Position numbers and translations under genes: made by a program. Source: Trichodelitschia bisporula (taxonomy: Eukaryota). Taken from it: a stretch of DNA of 64,000 bases. The notes under the pieces are model-generated. The model saw only the letters and a list, made by a program, of their open reading frames with translations. It was not told the DNA's origin and ran no database searches. Numbering within the stretch: the first letter of the stretch is position 1; each line of letters opens with the position of its first letter. Shown here one piece after another: positions 11,766 through 23,401 of this stretch. Where the stretch lies: the NCBI GenBank assembly GCA_010356995.1, contig ML996703.1, positions 372,001 to 436,000 on the forward strand. Direction: 5' to 3'.

Positions 11766-13240
11766 CTACGCATGCCCATTCGCAACGCCATTAGCCGTCC
11801 CGTTGCTCGCACCATTAGTAGCCTTCTTCTCCATCGCCAGTCCCGCAACCGCCTTGACGAGATTATCATCTATGCCGTTGGTCGTGACCTCGGCCCTGTT
11901 CGCCTTCACATCAGCTTCAACCCCCTTCCCCTCAGAAAAGGCAACCGCCAACTCCAACGCCCGTTCCACATCACGGACCAAATCCTCCCCATCCTCAATC
12001 CCACAGCTCACACGCACAAGATCATCCCACACACCCGCCCTCTCGCGCTCCGCCACCGGAATACCGGCATGCGTCATCGCACTCGGCAACTCAACGAGGC
12101 TCTCCACACCCCCCAGGCTCTCAGCGAGGGTAAACACCTTCGTCGAGCGGCAGAAAGCGCGGGCGGCTGTGTGTCCACCACGGATCCGGAATGACAGCAT
12201 ACCGCCTCCCAGACCCGCGCGGTGCTGCTTCAGCGCAATCGCGCGCTGCGGGTGGCTCTCCAGTCCAGGGTAGTTCACAGCACGGACATGCGGGCTCCGC
12301 TCAAGGGCGGCAGCAACGGCAGCGGCGTTGTTGCTCGCCTCGCGGGCGCGCAGGTGCAGAGTCTTGAGGCCGCGGTGAGCGAGCCAGCAATCGAACGGGC
12401 TCGGCACGGCACCAATCGCGTTCTGCAGGAAACCAAGGCGGTCGTATAGGACGGACGAATTAAACGCCGCGACGCCCATGAGCACGTCGCTATGGCCGTT
12501 GATGTACTTCGTAACCGAGTGAACGACGATGTCCGCGCCGAGGTCGAGCGGGTTCTGGATGTACGGGGACAGGAAGGTGTTATCCACGACCAGCAAGATG
12601 CCGTGTTGGTGGGCGACGCTGGCGATGGCGCGGATGTCTGTGAGCGTGAGGGTGGGGTTTGAGGGCGATTCGATCCAGATGAGTTTTGTTTCGTTTGGGC
12701 GAATTAGGGATGCGATGTGGGTTTCGATGGCGTGGGTGAAGGTCACTTCCACGCCGTGTGCGGAGGCGACTTTGGTGAAGTACCGGTGTGTGCCACCGTA
12801 GACGTCGCTCACGGAGATGACGTGCGAGCCCGCGGCCAGGCTCTGGAGGACCACGGCCGTGGTGGCCGAGCCGGAGGAGAATGCGAGGGCATAGCGGGCG
12901 TGCTCGAGGGCCGCGATGGCCTTTTCGAAGTTATCGCTGCAAAAATCAGTCTCCTCCCATATACGTCGCCGAGTTAAACGTACCGGTTCGGATTCGCGCT
13001 GCGCGTGTACTCGTACTGCCCGATGGGCTGTCCTACGTCGGACTGGGCGAAGGTGGTGGAGAGCGAAATCTAGTCCTGTTAGCACGGTTCCAATTCCACA
13101 TTCTCCAGACTTACGGCTTCAATCACCGCGCCCGTGGTCGGATCGTGAGGCGACCCCGCATGCACAGCCAGCGTCGCGAACTTGTGCTCCGGCGTCGGCG
13201 CCCTTGGCGGGGTGTCGATGGGGGGGTTGGACAGCGTCAT
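11766..13240 (-). CDS. CYS3: Cystathionine gamma-lyase (PLP-dependent Cys/Met metabolism family)
   Basis: Spliced N-terminus HKFATLAVHAG...YEYTRSANPNR, then WIESPSNPTL, VVDNTF, HSVTKYINGHSD (PLP lysine) and LAESLGGVESL. Two introns at about 13070-13114 and 12937-12983. The symbol follows yeast usage. Confidence 0.93.
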
Positions 13241-14182
13241 GATTTTTTAGCGGGATTGTCTCAGCGGTAACCTTACGAAAGTGGTGATTGATGGGGGCGG
13301 AAGACACAAATAACAGTAGGAACGAACGCCGATTCCCACGACAAATTAAAACAAGCGCTGCGTACGCTAAGAGTCTGTTGACGGGTTAAAGGTGATTGTT
13401 CGCAAGAATGGAAGAATGGAAGAGCTTAAAGGGACTTTTTAGAGCTCGCCGTTACCTCCCAAAATAGTTATAGTGGCAGAAAAAGGATGGCGCAATCGAT
13501 GATGGCAGCGGCTTTGATATCAAATCCCTAGGGCAGAAGGCTCTAGTTATCCAAGCAGTGTGCACGCGCGCAAGAGAAGTCGGCTGCGCAATCCTTAATT
13601 CCAGGGCAGCTGGATATAAGAGATCGGCTTCTAATCATCAGTGGCTAGTCATTTGTTGCTCTGCTACTTTGCCCTGGTGTATCCTCAATTCCCCGTCCGG
13701 GTGCATATGTAAGCCGGCCTCGCCCTGCAGATTTCCAATCAATGGCGTCAACATCGGACGAACCCGTGTCGACGTGTAAGGTGGTTCCACAATCCGGTTC
13801 GGTTGACATCAACTGACACGGTGAAATCCGCCACGGCCCTGAAGACGCGTTTGCGCCCGGCGGGAAGTCCTGCCCTTTTGTGCACATCTGTGACTGTACT
13901 GTCTTGAGCGACTCAGATTCATTGGCTTGATGGCACTTGATTACGTTTGCACCCAATAAGGATGTTGGCGTGCAGCACTACACTCTCCACAGAAGGACCT
14001 GCAGCGCACCATATACAGACCATTCTTCCAGGGGAGCGCCCCGGCACACATAGGAACGGTCACCACGGTCAGCTCCAGTCATAATGAGCTTCGCTTGAAA
14101 TGAGACGCCAGTGAATTTCATTGTCGAGGATCTAACCCATCCCCTGCATCATGAACCCAATGCACCCCCAGACCCGAAACAT

Positions 14183-14865
<683 letters not shown>

Positions 14866-14979
14866 GATTGCGCTGCGGAGATGTACGGGTTAACGACTTC
14901 GCGGGCGCAAATGGAGTGAAGGTTGTTGGCGATGGGTTGTCCACAGGTTGGGCTGGGTGTTGGAGAGGCGTGCGGGCTC

Positions 14980-15040
14980 AAATTCGCTAAGCGAGAGGTC
15001 CCGCCAAGCCGCGAAATGCCAAGCATCGCTTAGTGAATTT
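14980..15040. promoter_or_regulatory. Inverted repeat in the RPS15/RPP2 bidirectional promoter
   Basis: AAATTCGCTAAGCGA (14980-14994) and TCGCTTAGTGAATTT (15026-15040) are reverse complements at 14/15 positions. The spacer holds GCCAAGC twice. Confidence 0.55.
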
Positions 15041-15224
15041 CGATGATCCACCAAAGTGCATTTTACTTTCTCTTGTTCTTTTCGACCGCAACCACTTCAC
15101 CAGAACTCGAGGTTTCAGTCTGCGTTAATACGCTTAAATCGATTGAAGCTCAAGTTCCTTCACAAGTAGGCGTGTATCTCGCTTTATTTGATCCCTCACT
15201 GACTCCCGACTCCAGCTCAACAAA

Positions 15225-15612
15225 ATGAAGTACCTCGCGGCTTACCTCCTCCTCGGCCTCGGCGGCAACACCTCGCCGTCTGCCTCCGACGTCAAGAAGG
15301 TGCTCGACTCTGTTGGCATCGAGGCTGATAAGGACCGCCTGAACTCCCTGCTGTCTGAGCTGAAGGGCAAGGACATCAACGAGGTACGCAGTGTGCAACT
15401 CTGACTGGTTGGGATTAAACTAACCCGCGTAGCTCATCAAGGAGGGCTCCTCCAAGCTCGCGTCGGTCCCGTCCGGCGGTGCCGGTGGCGCTTCGTCTGG
15501 CGGCGCTGCTGCCGGTGGTGCTGCTCCCGCTGCCGAGGCTGCTCCCGCTGAGGAGAAGGAAGAGGAGAAGGAGGAGTCTGACGAGGACATGGGCTTCGGT
15601 CTCTTCGACTAA
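15225..15612 (+). CDS. RPP2: 60S acidic ribosomal protein P2
   Basis: [15 protein letters not shown]...[24 protein letters not shown]...[13 protein letters not shown]. Intron 15384-15432. A probable 5'UTR intron ends at 15215. Confidence 0.97.
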
Positions 15613-16448
15613 GCGACTTTTGATTGGCGGATTGCGCACCTGTAAAATGACGGCTTCGTGGGCATCGATCTGGCTTGGGCTGCTTGCTTGAGCTGGAGTG
15701 TTTGTGGGGATGAAGGTCTTATGACATGACGTTCTACGAGCATACGGACAATAGATGCTACTGCGTGTAGCGGTTTGCCAGCCATGCCTGTCTTCTACGT
15801 GTTGTGAAGTTTATTGCCGAACAGTTTTTGTTCGCGAGTGTTGACCTAGACGTCCATGCTACCAAGGCGACCAATAGTTCGTCACCGCTTGTTGGCCGCG
15901 AAGTGAACGCTATCAAAACGACAAAAGCCCTCTCGCGAATGCTGACTTTGAAATTGTATGTTGCTAGAGTGAAAGCTCACAAATATGCATTCTCCCTTCA
16001 GTGCACCTTACTGCATCATATATTCATATACTCACATATCACGTGCAGATATCCACCAGAGCAAAATGGCTGGGCGAACATTCGAGCATGTGGCTCGCGC
16101 TGCATTCCACCAACAATCACCCGGAACTGGCTGTGTGGCGGTGCGCAAACGCGCGGCAGTTACCAAGAGAGCCGGGCGCGGCAAAGGCAGTCGCTGGCAG
16201 ATCCGTCATAAAAGGCAGCGGCCCCCCCCCCTCCAACTTGCATCTGCCAACTCTACACTTCTCTCCTTTCTCTCCCACCTGTCATTCCCCCTGTCCGTCC
16301 GGCTCGCAACAACACCGTCTCCGGCAATCTAGTTCCTTCTCCCTGACAAATACGCCCTTTCACAGTCATACTCTTCAGTCACCATAATAGTAATGCGCCA
16401 CTTGGCCCTCTAGAGGCGATCTGTGCAAACCCTTCTCCAACAATCATC

Positions 16449-17533
16449 ATGAGTGTAGGTACCCAGCAAATGCATTTCATCAAGTTCTCGGTTGACTTCT
16501 ATAGTTCCTTTCCTCGATTCTCGCCTCTATCGACGGGAAACCCGCGAATCCTGCGCCGCCAGTCGTCATTCGGTATGACTCCCCAGCGCTGCAGCGCCCA
16601 CAGAATATCTCTGACGTGAAGCACAGACCAGCAGTGGCGCGTCCCGTTCAGAAGCGGAAGGCATCGGACGCACTCGTCAGCGAGAGCACGAAGGCTGTGA
16701 AGCGTGAGAGTGGGGCTGGTCGAAATGATACCGCCACTTCTGCTGCAGCTCCCGCGTCATCCACACCATACCGGGGCACCGCAGGCTTGAAACCGACCAA
16801 GCAGCCCACCAAACCTCCTGAGGCGAAAGGCGACGCGAATGCTCAGGCTCGGCCCACAGCGCCTTCTACGCAGTCAAGCTCTCTTACGAAGACGCCCACG
16901 TTGCCTCAAGAAGGCAAAGCTCCGCGCAAGGGCTCCTACATGGATCTTCTCCGCCGTGCCAACGCCCACTCTGCACAGAAGGAGGTTCCAATCATAAAGC
17001 ACAAGCCCTCGGAGAAGCAACCGCTGAAGCGCCGCATGACCCAGCAGGAGCTGGACAAGAAGGGCGCCACACAGGACAAAAAAATTGGCCAAAAGAGCCG
17101 AACCAGCAGCGCTGAGCCCATCAAGCAGCCGGAGCAAAAGCGCAAGCCTGTCGAATCTGGCTACAAGGGTACGATGCGTCCGACGGCACCTGCCCCGGTT
17201 TCTTACAAAGGCACGATGAACCTCAACAAGCCTGCGCCTCGGAAGCCTGTTCCCCCCGCCCGTGTTCGTCCCACACCTAAGGACAATGGGCCACGTTACA
17301 TCTACCGTTCCGAGCAAGAGGAGGGAGATGATTATGACTCTGCGGCTTCATCTGACATGGAGGCTGACCCCTTTGAGCTTGAGCGTGAGGAGGAGAAGGC
17401 CCTGCGGGCTGCTAAGGAGGAAGACAAGAGGGCCCTTGCGGAAGAGGCGGAACTTAAGCGCCAGAAGGCGGAGCGGAAGGCGCGTCTGTTGAAGATGCAA
17501 AGCGATGCACAGAAGAAGAAGAGGATTTTCTAG
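16449..17533 (+). CDS. SPT2: SPT2 chromatin protein
   Basis: ATG AGT, intron 16455-16504, then FLSSILASIDGK in frame with ORF 16616-17533. C-terminal SPT2 motif YDSAASSDMEADPFELEREEEKALRAAKEED followed by a coiled coil. Confidence 0.82.
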
Positions 17534-18717
17534 TGGGCACCTCGTGTTGTCTTTGACTTTCACTGGGGGCGTACCATGGGGTGTTCGGTATTCTTTTCCT
17601 GTAAGGTTTTAGCACGGCGCATGGCGGACAGGATGGCATTTGCAAAGCGAGAGACGATAGATCACGACACTATGGGATAATGGCGGTGGGAAATGTCCCA
17701 CATAATTGATGGCTTGACTTCGTTGTCTAGCTCTTCATATCGCATGATGCTTTCTTTACGCCAGTGTGCCTCGATTATTCATCCGCTGTCGTTCAGCCTT
17801 GTGTACCACCCTTGGTCCTACGGTGGAGGCAGCCCACTGGCTATCCCATAGCTAATCCACGCCGGCGACGATAACGGTTCGCTCATCCCCCATCACAGTT
17901 CACAGTATCCTCGAAAACGAAGCTATTTACCCCCACAGCCTCATCGCATATCAGCGCAGCTGCCTTATCGTCATTGACGTGGTCGTCGTCCGAGTCAGCC
18001 TTGCTCGCTTGACCCTTGCATGGCAGGATTCTGTTTCAAAGGCGGCATGCATTCATGGTCCGAGCTATTTTAATAATAACAGAAGGTTCACTTCACAAAT
18101 CACACCTCAGTGCTCGCTCAATTTAGGATTCATAAGTTAAGCAAGTAGACAATCTTGTGCCTTCGGCCACTGCGTAAGCTCAAAGATTTGTCCGTGTCAT
18201 CAGATTCATCCGCACCGGCTATGATACAAGGCGGAAAGTTGTCCGTCGGATCCCCGCCCAGCTCTAGAATTTCCTACATAATGAGATCGCCGTCATCGTC
18301 CACATAATCCTGCACCACATGCTTCCTCGTACGCATCTAGAGCGATCAAGCCCAAATAACCAGCTCCCAGCCACGGATGTATCGCGTCAAGTTTGTAGAA
18401 GTCGAGGCACGCGGTATCGGTCGAAACAGCGGCCGACGTTACGTGTCGCTGCTTCTTTGTCATCTCCTCGATGATGCTCTCGGTAGCAGATAGTGCTGCT
18501 GCGTGACTACCTGATTTGCCGATCCAGTTTGGAACGGGTCAAATTGCTGCAAAGACAAGCGCAGACGGCGCTGATACTGCGCAAGAAGCCGGTATCCGAC
18601 ATGTCGAAGGCTAAAAGGTCAAGCTCGATTGGAGCAACAGCCAACTTTGTCGGGTCGACAGGTGGAATAAATGATGGGCTTCGAAGCTTTGCAAGATATC
18701 TCGCCGGCCGCTCGTAG

Positions 18718-19257
18718 CTAGTTGCCAGCCCCATCGCCCTTGGCAGCCTTCTTCGCCTTGCGTGCGTCCCGCTCCTTACGGCGCTTCACCTTCTCGCTAT
18801 TCTTCTTCTCCGCCTTCCCACCCAGCGCCTCAATCTTCGCCTTCAACCGCTCCTCCTGCCCCGCCTTCGCCTCCGCAATCTCCTTATCAATCTTATCATT
18901 CCCAGCCAGCGCCGCCGAAATGAAGCGCTGCGCGGCCGATTTATCAAGTGCCATGGAAGGTTGGGTATCGCCGGCCTCGACTTCCTTGATTTTCTCAAAC
19001 CGCTGGCGGACGCGCTGGAGCTCGGTGAAGACGGGGTGCGACTTTGCGTCTTGGCCGGAGAGGCGCAGGGAGGAGTAGAGGAGTGATTCGATGGTGTAGG
19101 CGGCGAGGACGTAGGCTTTCGCCCGGTCGAGGAGGGGGAGTTGGGCTGTGTAGTCGGCGATGGCGGTGGAGAGGAGGGGTTCGAGGGCGGTTTCTACGTC
19201 GTCGATGGAGGAGGCGAGTTGCTCGACTGACGAGGTGATGTCCGTGGTGATGTTCAT
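18718..19257 (-). CDS. LRP1: Nuclear exosome cofactor Lrp1/Rrp47 (C1D / Sas10-Utp3 family)
   Basis: LPLLDRAKAYVLAAYTIESLLYSSLRLSG...HPVFTELQRVRQRFEKIK and LDKSAAQRFISAAL, with a Lys-rich tail. Intronless. Confidence 0.85.
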   Translation of the reverse strand: MNITTDITSSVEQLASSIDDVETALEPLLSTAIADYTAQLPLLDRAKAYVLAAYTIESLLYSSLRLSGQDAKSHPVFTELQRVRQRFEKIKEVEAGDTQPSMALDKSAAQRFISAALAGNDKIDKEIAEAKAGQEERLKAKIEALGGKAEKKNSEKVKRRKERDARKAKKAAKGDGAGN

Positions 19258-19864
19258 GGTGGGGTGATGTTCCTAGGTATATGTTTAGTTGACCGTATCG
19301 TGGAGCAGTAGTACAAAACGTACTATGAAGAGGTATGGCCGGAAGACAATTATGATGGGTGTGAGTGTGCCCGCAGAGTGTGGCGTACAGGCAGTGTACG
19401 GTAGAAGCGGTTCGAGAGAACAGCTTAGAGGCGGCAGTGTAGAGGGTGCTGGCGACAACTGAGAGAATGCGGGGGAGCGAAGGAATGCTTTGCGATCGTA
19501 AACTTTTGGCTCGCTGTTTGCGGGACGCCAAGATTCACACATGCACGATCCTGACGGCGGCAGCCGACCCCGGATGTCGGAATACGGCCCTTCCTTGATC
19601 CGCAAATGCAACACCACAAAGAGCATCATCACGATCGCCGGCATTGGACACAAGGCTCTTCGTTTCTCCAGCTTGTATGATATGTACTAAAAGTCTCTCG
19701 CCTCCTTTGCCAAGCTGTCTCTTCCAACTCTTCGGTCCCCGCTTTGGCGGTCTTTTCGATCATCCACATGCCTTCCATCTCAGGTAGGTAGCGTTGGCCG
19801 GAGCCGGGTGGCTACAGCCTCATACAATCGAAACTTAAGTTCATGGTGGCCTCCTGATAAAGCC

Positions 19865-21194
19865 ATGGATGAGGGCAGTGATGGCCAGGGGTATTTTGCT
19901 TCGTAAACGTTATCATCGATTTTTACTGAGACTTCGTAGCAACCCGAGTGACAATCCACTTCATAAGAGAGACTCTCCCAGTCCACAAGACCGCAGCGGC
20001 TCTCGCATCTCCAAAAAGATCCACATCATCGGCACTGGCAGCATAGGAAAACTAGTCGCCCATTCCCTCCGCAGTCTCCCCAACCCCCCACCCGTCACCC
20101 TCCTCCTGCACAAGGGCGACAACAAAGACGCCTGGGACGCCAGCAACCGGACCATCAGCATCACGACCAATGGCATCACGGTGTCCCGCTCGGGATTCGA
20201 CGTCGAGCTCGCCCGCACCGGGTGGCGCTCGCACGGCAAGCAAGTTAGCCTGGACGAATGGATCCACCCGCCCCCAGACCCCGGCGCCGCGCTCGCAAAG
20301 CAGCCTTCGCGCCCTGTTCCGGATGCTGATAACACCGATCCGATTGCAAATCTCATTGTCACGGTTAAGGCGCCGCAGACGATTGCTGCGCTTGAGGCTG
20401 TCCGACAACGCTTGGGGCCTCTTACCACGATTTGCTTTTTGCAGAACGGCATGGGCATCGTGGACGAAGTTAATAAGGAGATATTTCCGGACCCTGAGAC
20501 GAGACCACAGTACTTGGCTGGCATCATCACGCACGGTGTGACGTCTGATGGGCTGTTCACTGCCACGCATGCGGGCCAGGGGTCCATCTCAATGTGCATT
20601 ATCCCGCGCGAGGGGAAGGAAGACAAGTACTCGGCATCCGCCGCTGCCCTTCTGGCGATTCTTCGGCGCAGTCCTACGCTTACGGTAATGGGTATAACGC
20701 CGACAGAGTTCCTACAGGTGCAACTGGAGAAACTCGCCGCCAACGCCATCATCAACCCTCTTACATCGCTCATCGACGCCAACAATGGGGCTATTCTTAA
20801 CAACAACCACTTGACTCGCGCAATAAGGCTTCTTCTGGGGGAGATCAGCCTCGTCATTTCCCTGCTGCCGGAGCTGAAAGATGTGCCGAACGTCAAGAGG
20901 CGCTTTTCAACGCAGCGGTTGGAGTGGATGGTGACCAATCTTGCGCGGGGAACCGCGGCGAATGTGAGCAGCATGCTAGCAGATGTGCGCCAGGGGAAAC
21001 AGACGGAAATCAATTACATCAATGGGTACATATGCCGCAGAGGGGAAGAGGTGGGCGTCACGTGTTTTATGAACTATCTCGTCACGCAGCTGGTGAAGGG
21101 GAAGCAGCATGTGATCGATGCTGAGCATAGCGAGGAGCTGCCGCTGGCTTTTACGAAGAACTTCGAGGCGCCTTGGACGTTGTCGAAGCAATGA
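19865..21194 (+). CDS. 2-dehydropantoate 2-reductase (ApbA/PanE family); start ambiguous (ATG 19865 spliced or ATG 19869 unspliced)
   Basis: Rossmann motif IHIIGTGSIG, then VTVKA, FLQNGMG, EKLAANAIINPLT and NVSSMLADVRQGKQTEINYINGY. Confidence 0.9.
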
Positions 21195-21393
21195 GGGCCA
21201 GGACTGTACCATAGCTAGGTTCGCAGGATGTAAATATTCACGGCTGTCGGCTGCTTTTCGCTATTCGCGTCACTCGATCTGGAACCAACATATATGGTGT
21301 GTCATCAACGCTCCTTTCCCTGCTTGATATATTCATCCTATATACCATAGCGGATATCTCCCAGTTATTTACACTCCTTCATAACCCAGGCAC

Positions 21394-23401
21394 CTAAGCA
21401 CCCGGCCCAGCCAGCTTCTTATCCTCCAAAATCTTCCGGTCTTGCTCCTGCAATGCCACCGTCTTCTTAGTATACTTGCGTGTATCAATAGAAGTGATAA
21501 ACAGCGCCGATATGCACCCGAGCAACCCAAACGCAAGCGCAACTTGGTATGCCAAGTGCGCACCATCCAGGTAAGCAAGGCGGTTGCCGTGCACCGCTGC
21601 CGCCTTGATTTCCGGCGTCATGCCGGGGATGGCGGCGTATGCGGCCGCGGAGTTGAGCTTCGCCGCAGTGATTAGCTTCGGCATCACCGCGGACGGGATG
21701 TCGAAGTCTGACAACTCGGTCGTGACCCGCTTGGCCAGCACAGTGGCGTACTTGTTGTTTGTGACGTTGCTGAAAATGGCGGTGGCGATGGCGCCGAAGA
21801 GCAGGCGGGCGGTACCGGCGAGACCGGCGGCGGCGCCGCTGGGGGATGTTAGTGCGTTGAAAGGACTGAAGGGAGGGATGACATACATGTCTGCCTGATC
21901 CAGAATACCGAATCCAACTAACACAAGCGAGTTGAGGATCACAACCGACGTGCACATCGAGATGATGGTGGTGAGCACAATACTCTTCACGGGATTATCG
22001 ATGGTAGCTGTCGACATGGCGCCCACAGAGGCGGTTTGCAGAGCAATGGCACCGAAGACTTGCCAGCGTTGGTGGCCGATCTTCTTGCTGAAGGTGACCC
22101 AGAGACCGCCAACTGCGCTGGTTAGCTAGGTTAAGGACTTGGGATAGCGACGTACGGATGGTGCCCAGGGGGAGGACTTCGCCGTAGAGACCCTTGGAGA
22201 TTTCGTCTGTGGTGTAGAGGAGCTGCGAGAGCCGATTCCACTGAAAGCGTCAGTATTGCTGCATGAAAACTGTCATAAATCTCACCAGAGTTGCGCTGGA
22301 GTAGTACTGCATCCCGGTGATGCACATGCAGATGATGGGCATGGTGAATTGCCGAACCTGCTTGAACAGCCGCGGAGGCAGAAGTGCTTCGTGAACGTTG
22401 GAGTAGCGCTCATAGAATCCCAAAAAGACAAGCGTGAGAATGCCGATGACGATAGGTGCAATCGCAGTCGCGCTCTTCCAGGGGTACAAAGTACCGCCCC
22501 AGCTAACGCCGACGATGAACAGCGTGCAGCCAGCAATGAAGAGGAAGAGGCCTATCCAGTCGAATTCCTTCAGCAGCTGCATCTTGGACTTGCCGTCGAA
22601 TTTATGCTTCGTCTTGAAGGCTGGTGGGTGGTAGAAGAAGAACAGGGAGATGAAGTTGAGGACCTGGAATCCGATCATCAGGTAGTAGCTGTTGCGCCAG
22701 GTGTGCGTGTTACGGATCATGACCCAGGCAATGAGTGGCATCATTTGAGCGATGATGGAGGACAGGTCGAAAATTCCAATGGTCGCTACGGTGGTAAGCA
22801 TAATCCCACCAGAAGATCGAACGGGTTTCACATACCCATGCGCCACTCATTCGGCACAACTTCTTGAACCGCACCAAAAGCCATTTCCAGGAAACCAGAT
22901 CCTGCGCCGAAGATGGCGCCACCAGCGATCATTTGGTTGATGCTCTGGCCTGTGGCGCTGACGATGCTACCGAGGATCAAGAGCGCAGAACCGGCAAGGA
23001 AAAAGTAACGACGACCGAACAGATCAGACATACGGCCACCGATGGTCACGAAAATAGCACCCCCCAAGTTCCACGAGATGGTGATCCATGTGTAGCGTGG
23101 ATCGGGGCCGAGATCAGCGTTGATGAAGCTCAGGATGGCGGGCGGAATCAGAAGTGTCAGGAGGTAGGCGTTGTAGCAACCGCCCATTGACTGCCACTGT
23201 TAGCAAAACCTCAACGATGACTCCACAAGAACCTACGCTGGCGGCAGCAATGGTGCGCCATGTCATGCCAACCTCCTCACCGGTGACCTCGAGCTGGTGA
23301 ATGATTTGCTCATCTAAGTCGCCTGACTGCGGGCCATCGCTCCCCTGGGAGCTGATGTGATCCGTGTGTGTAGCAGCAGTCTTCTCCATGTTTGCCGACA
23401 T
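21394..23401 (-). CDS. MFS transporter, TRI12 (fungal trichothecene efflux pump)-like family
   Basis: MFS motif A GRMSDLFGRRYF, many hydrophobic segments and FDWIGLFLFIAG. Five canonical introns restore one continuous frame from MSANMEK to ...AGPGA*. Substrate unknown. Confidence 0.85.
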
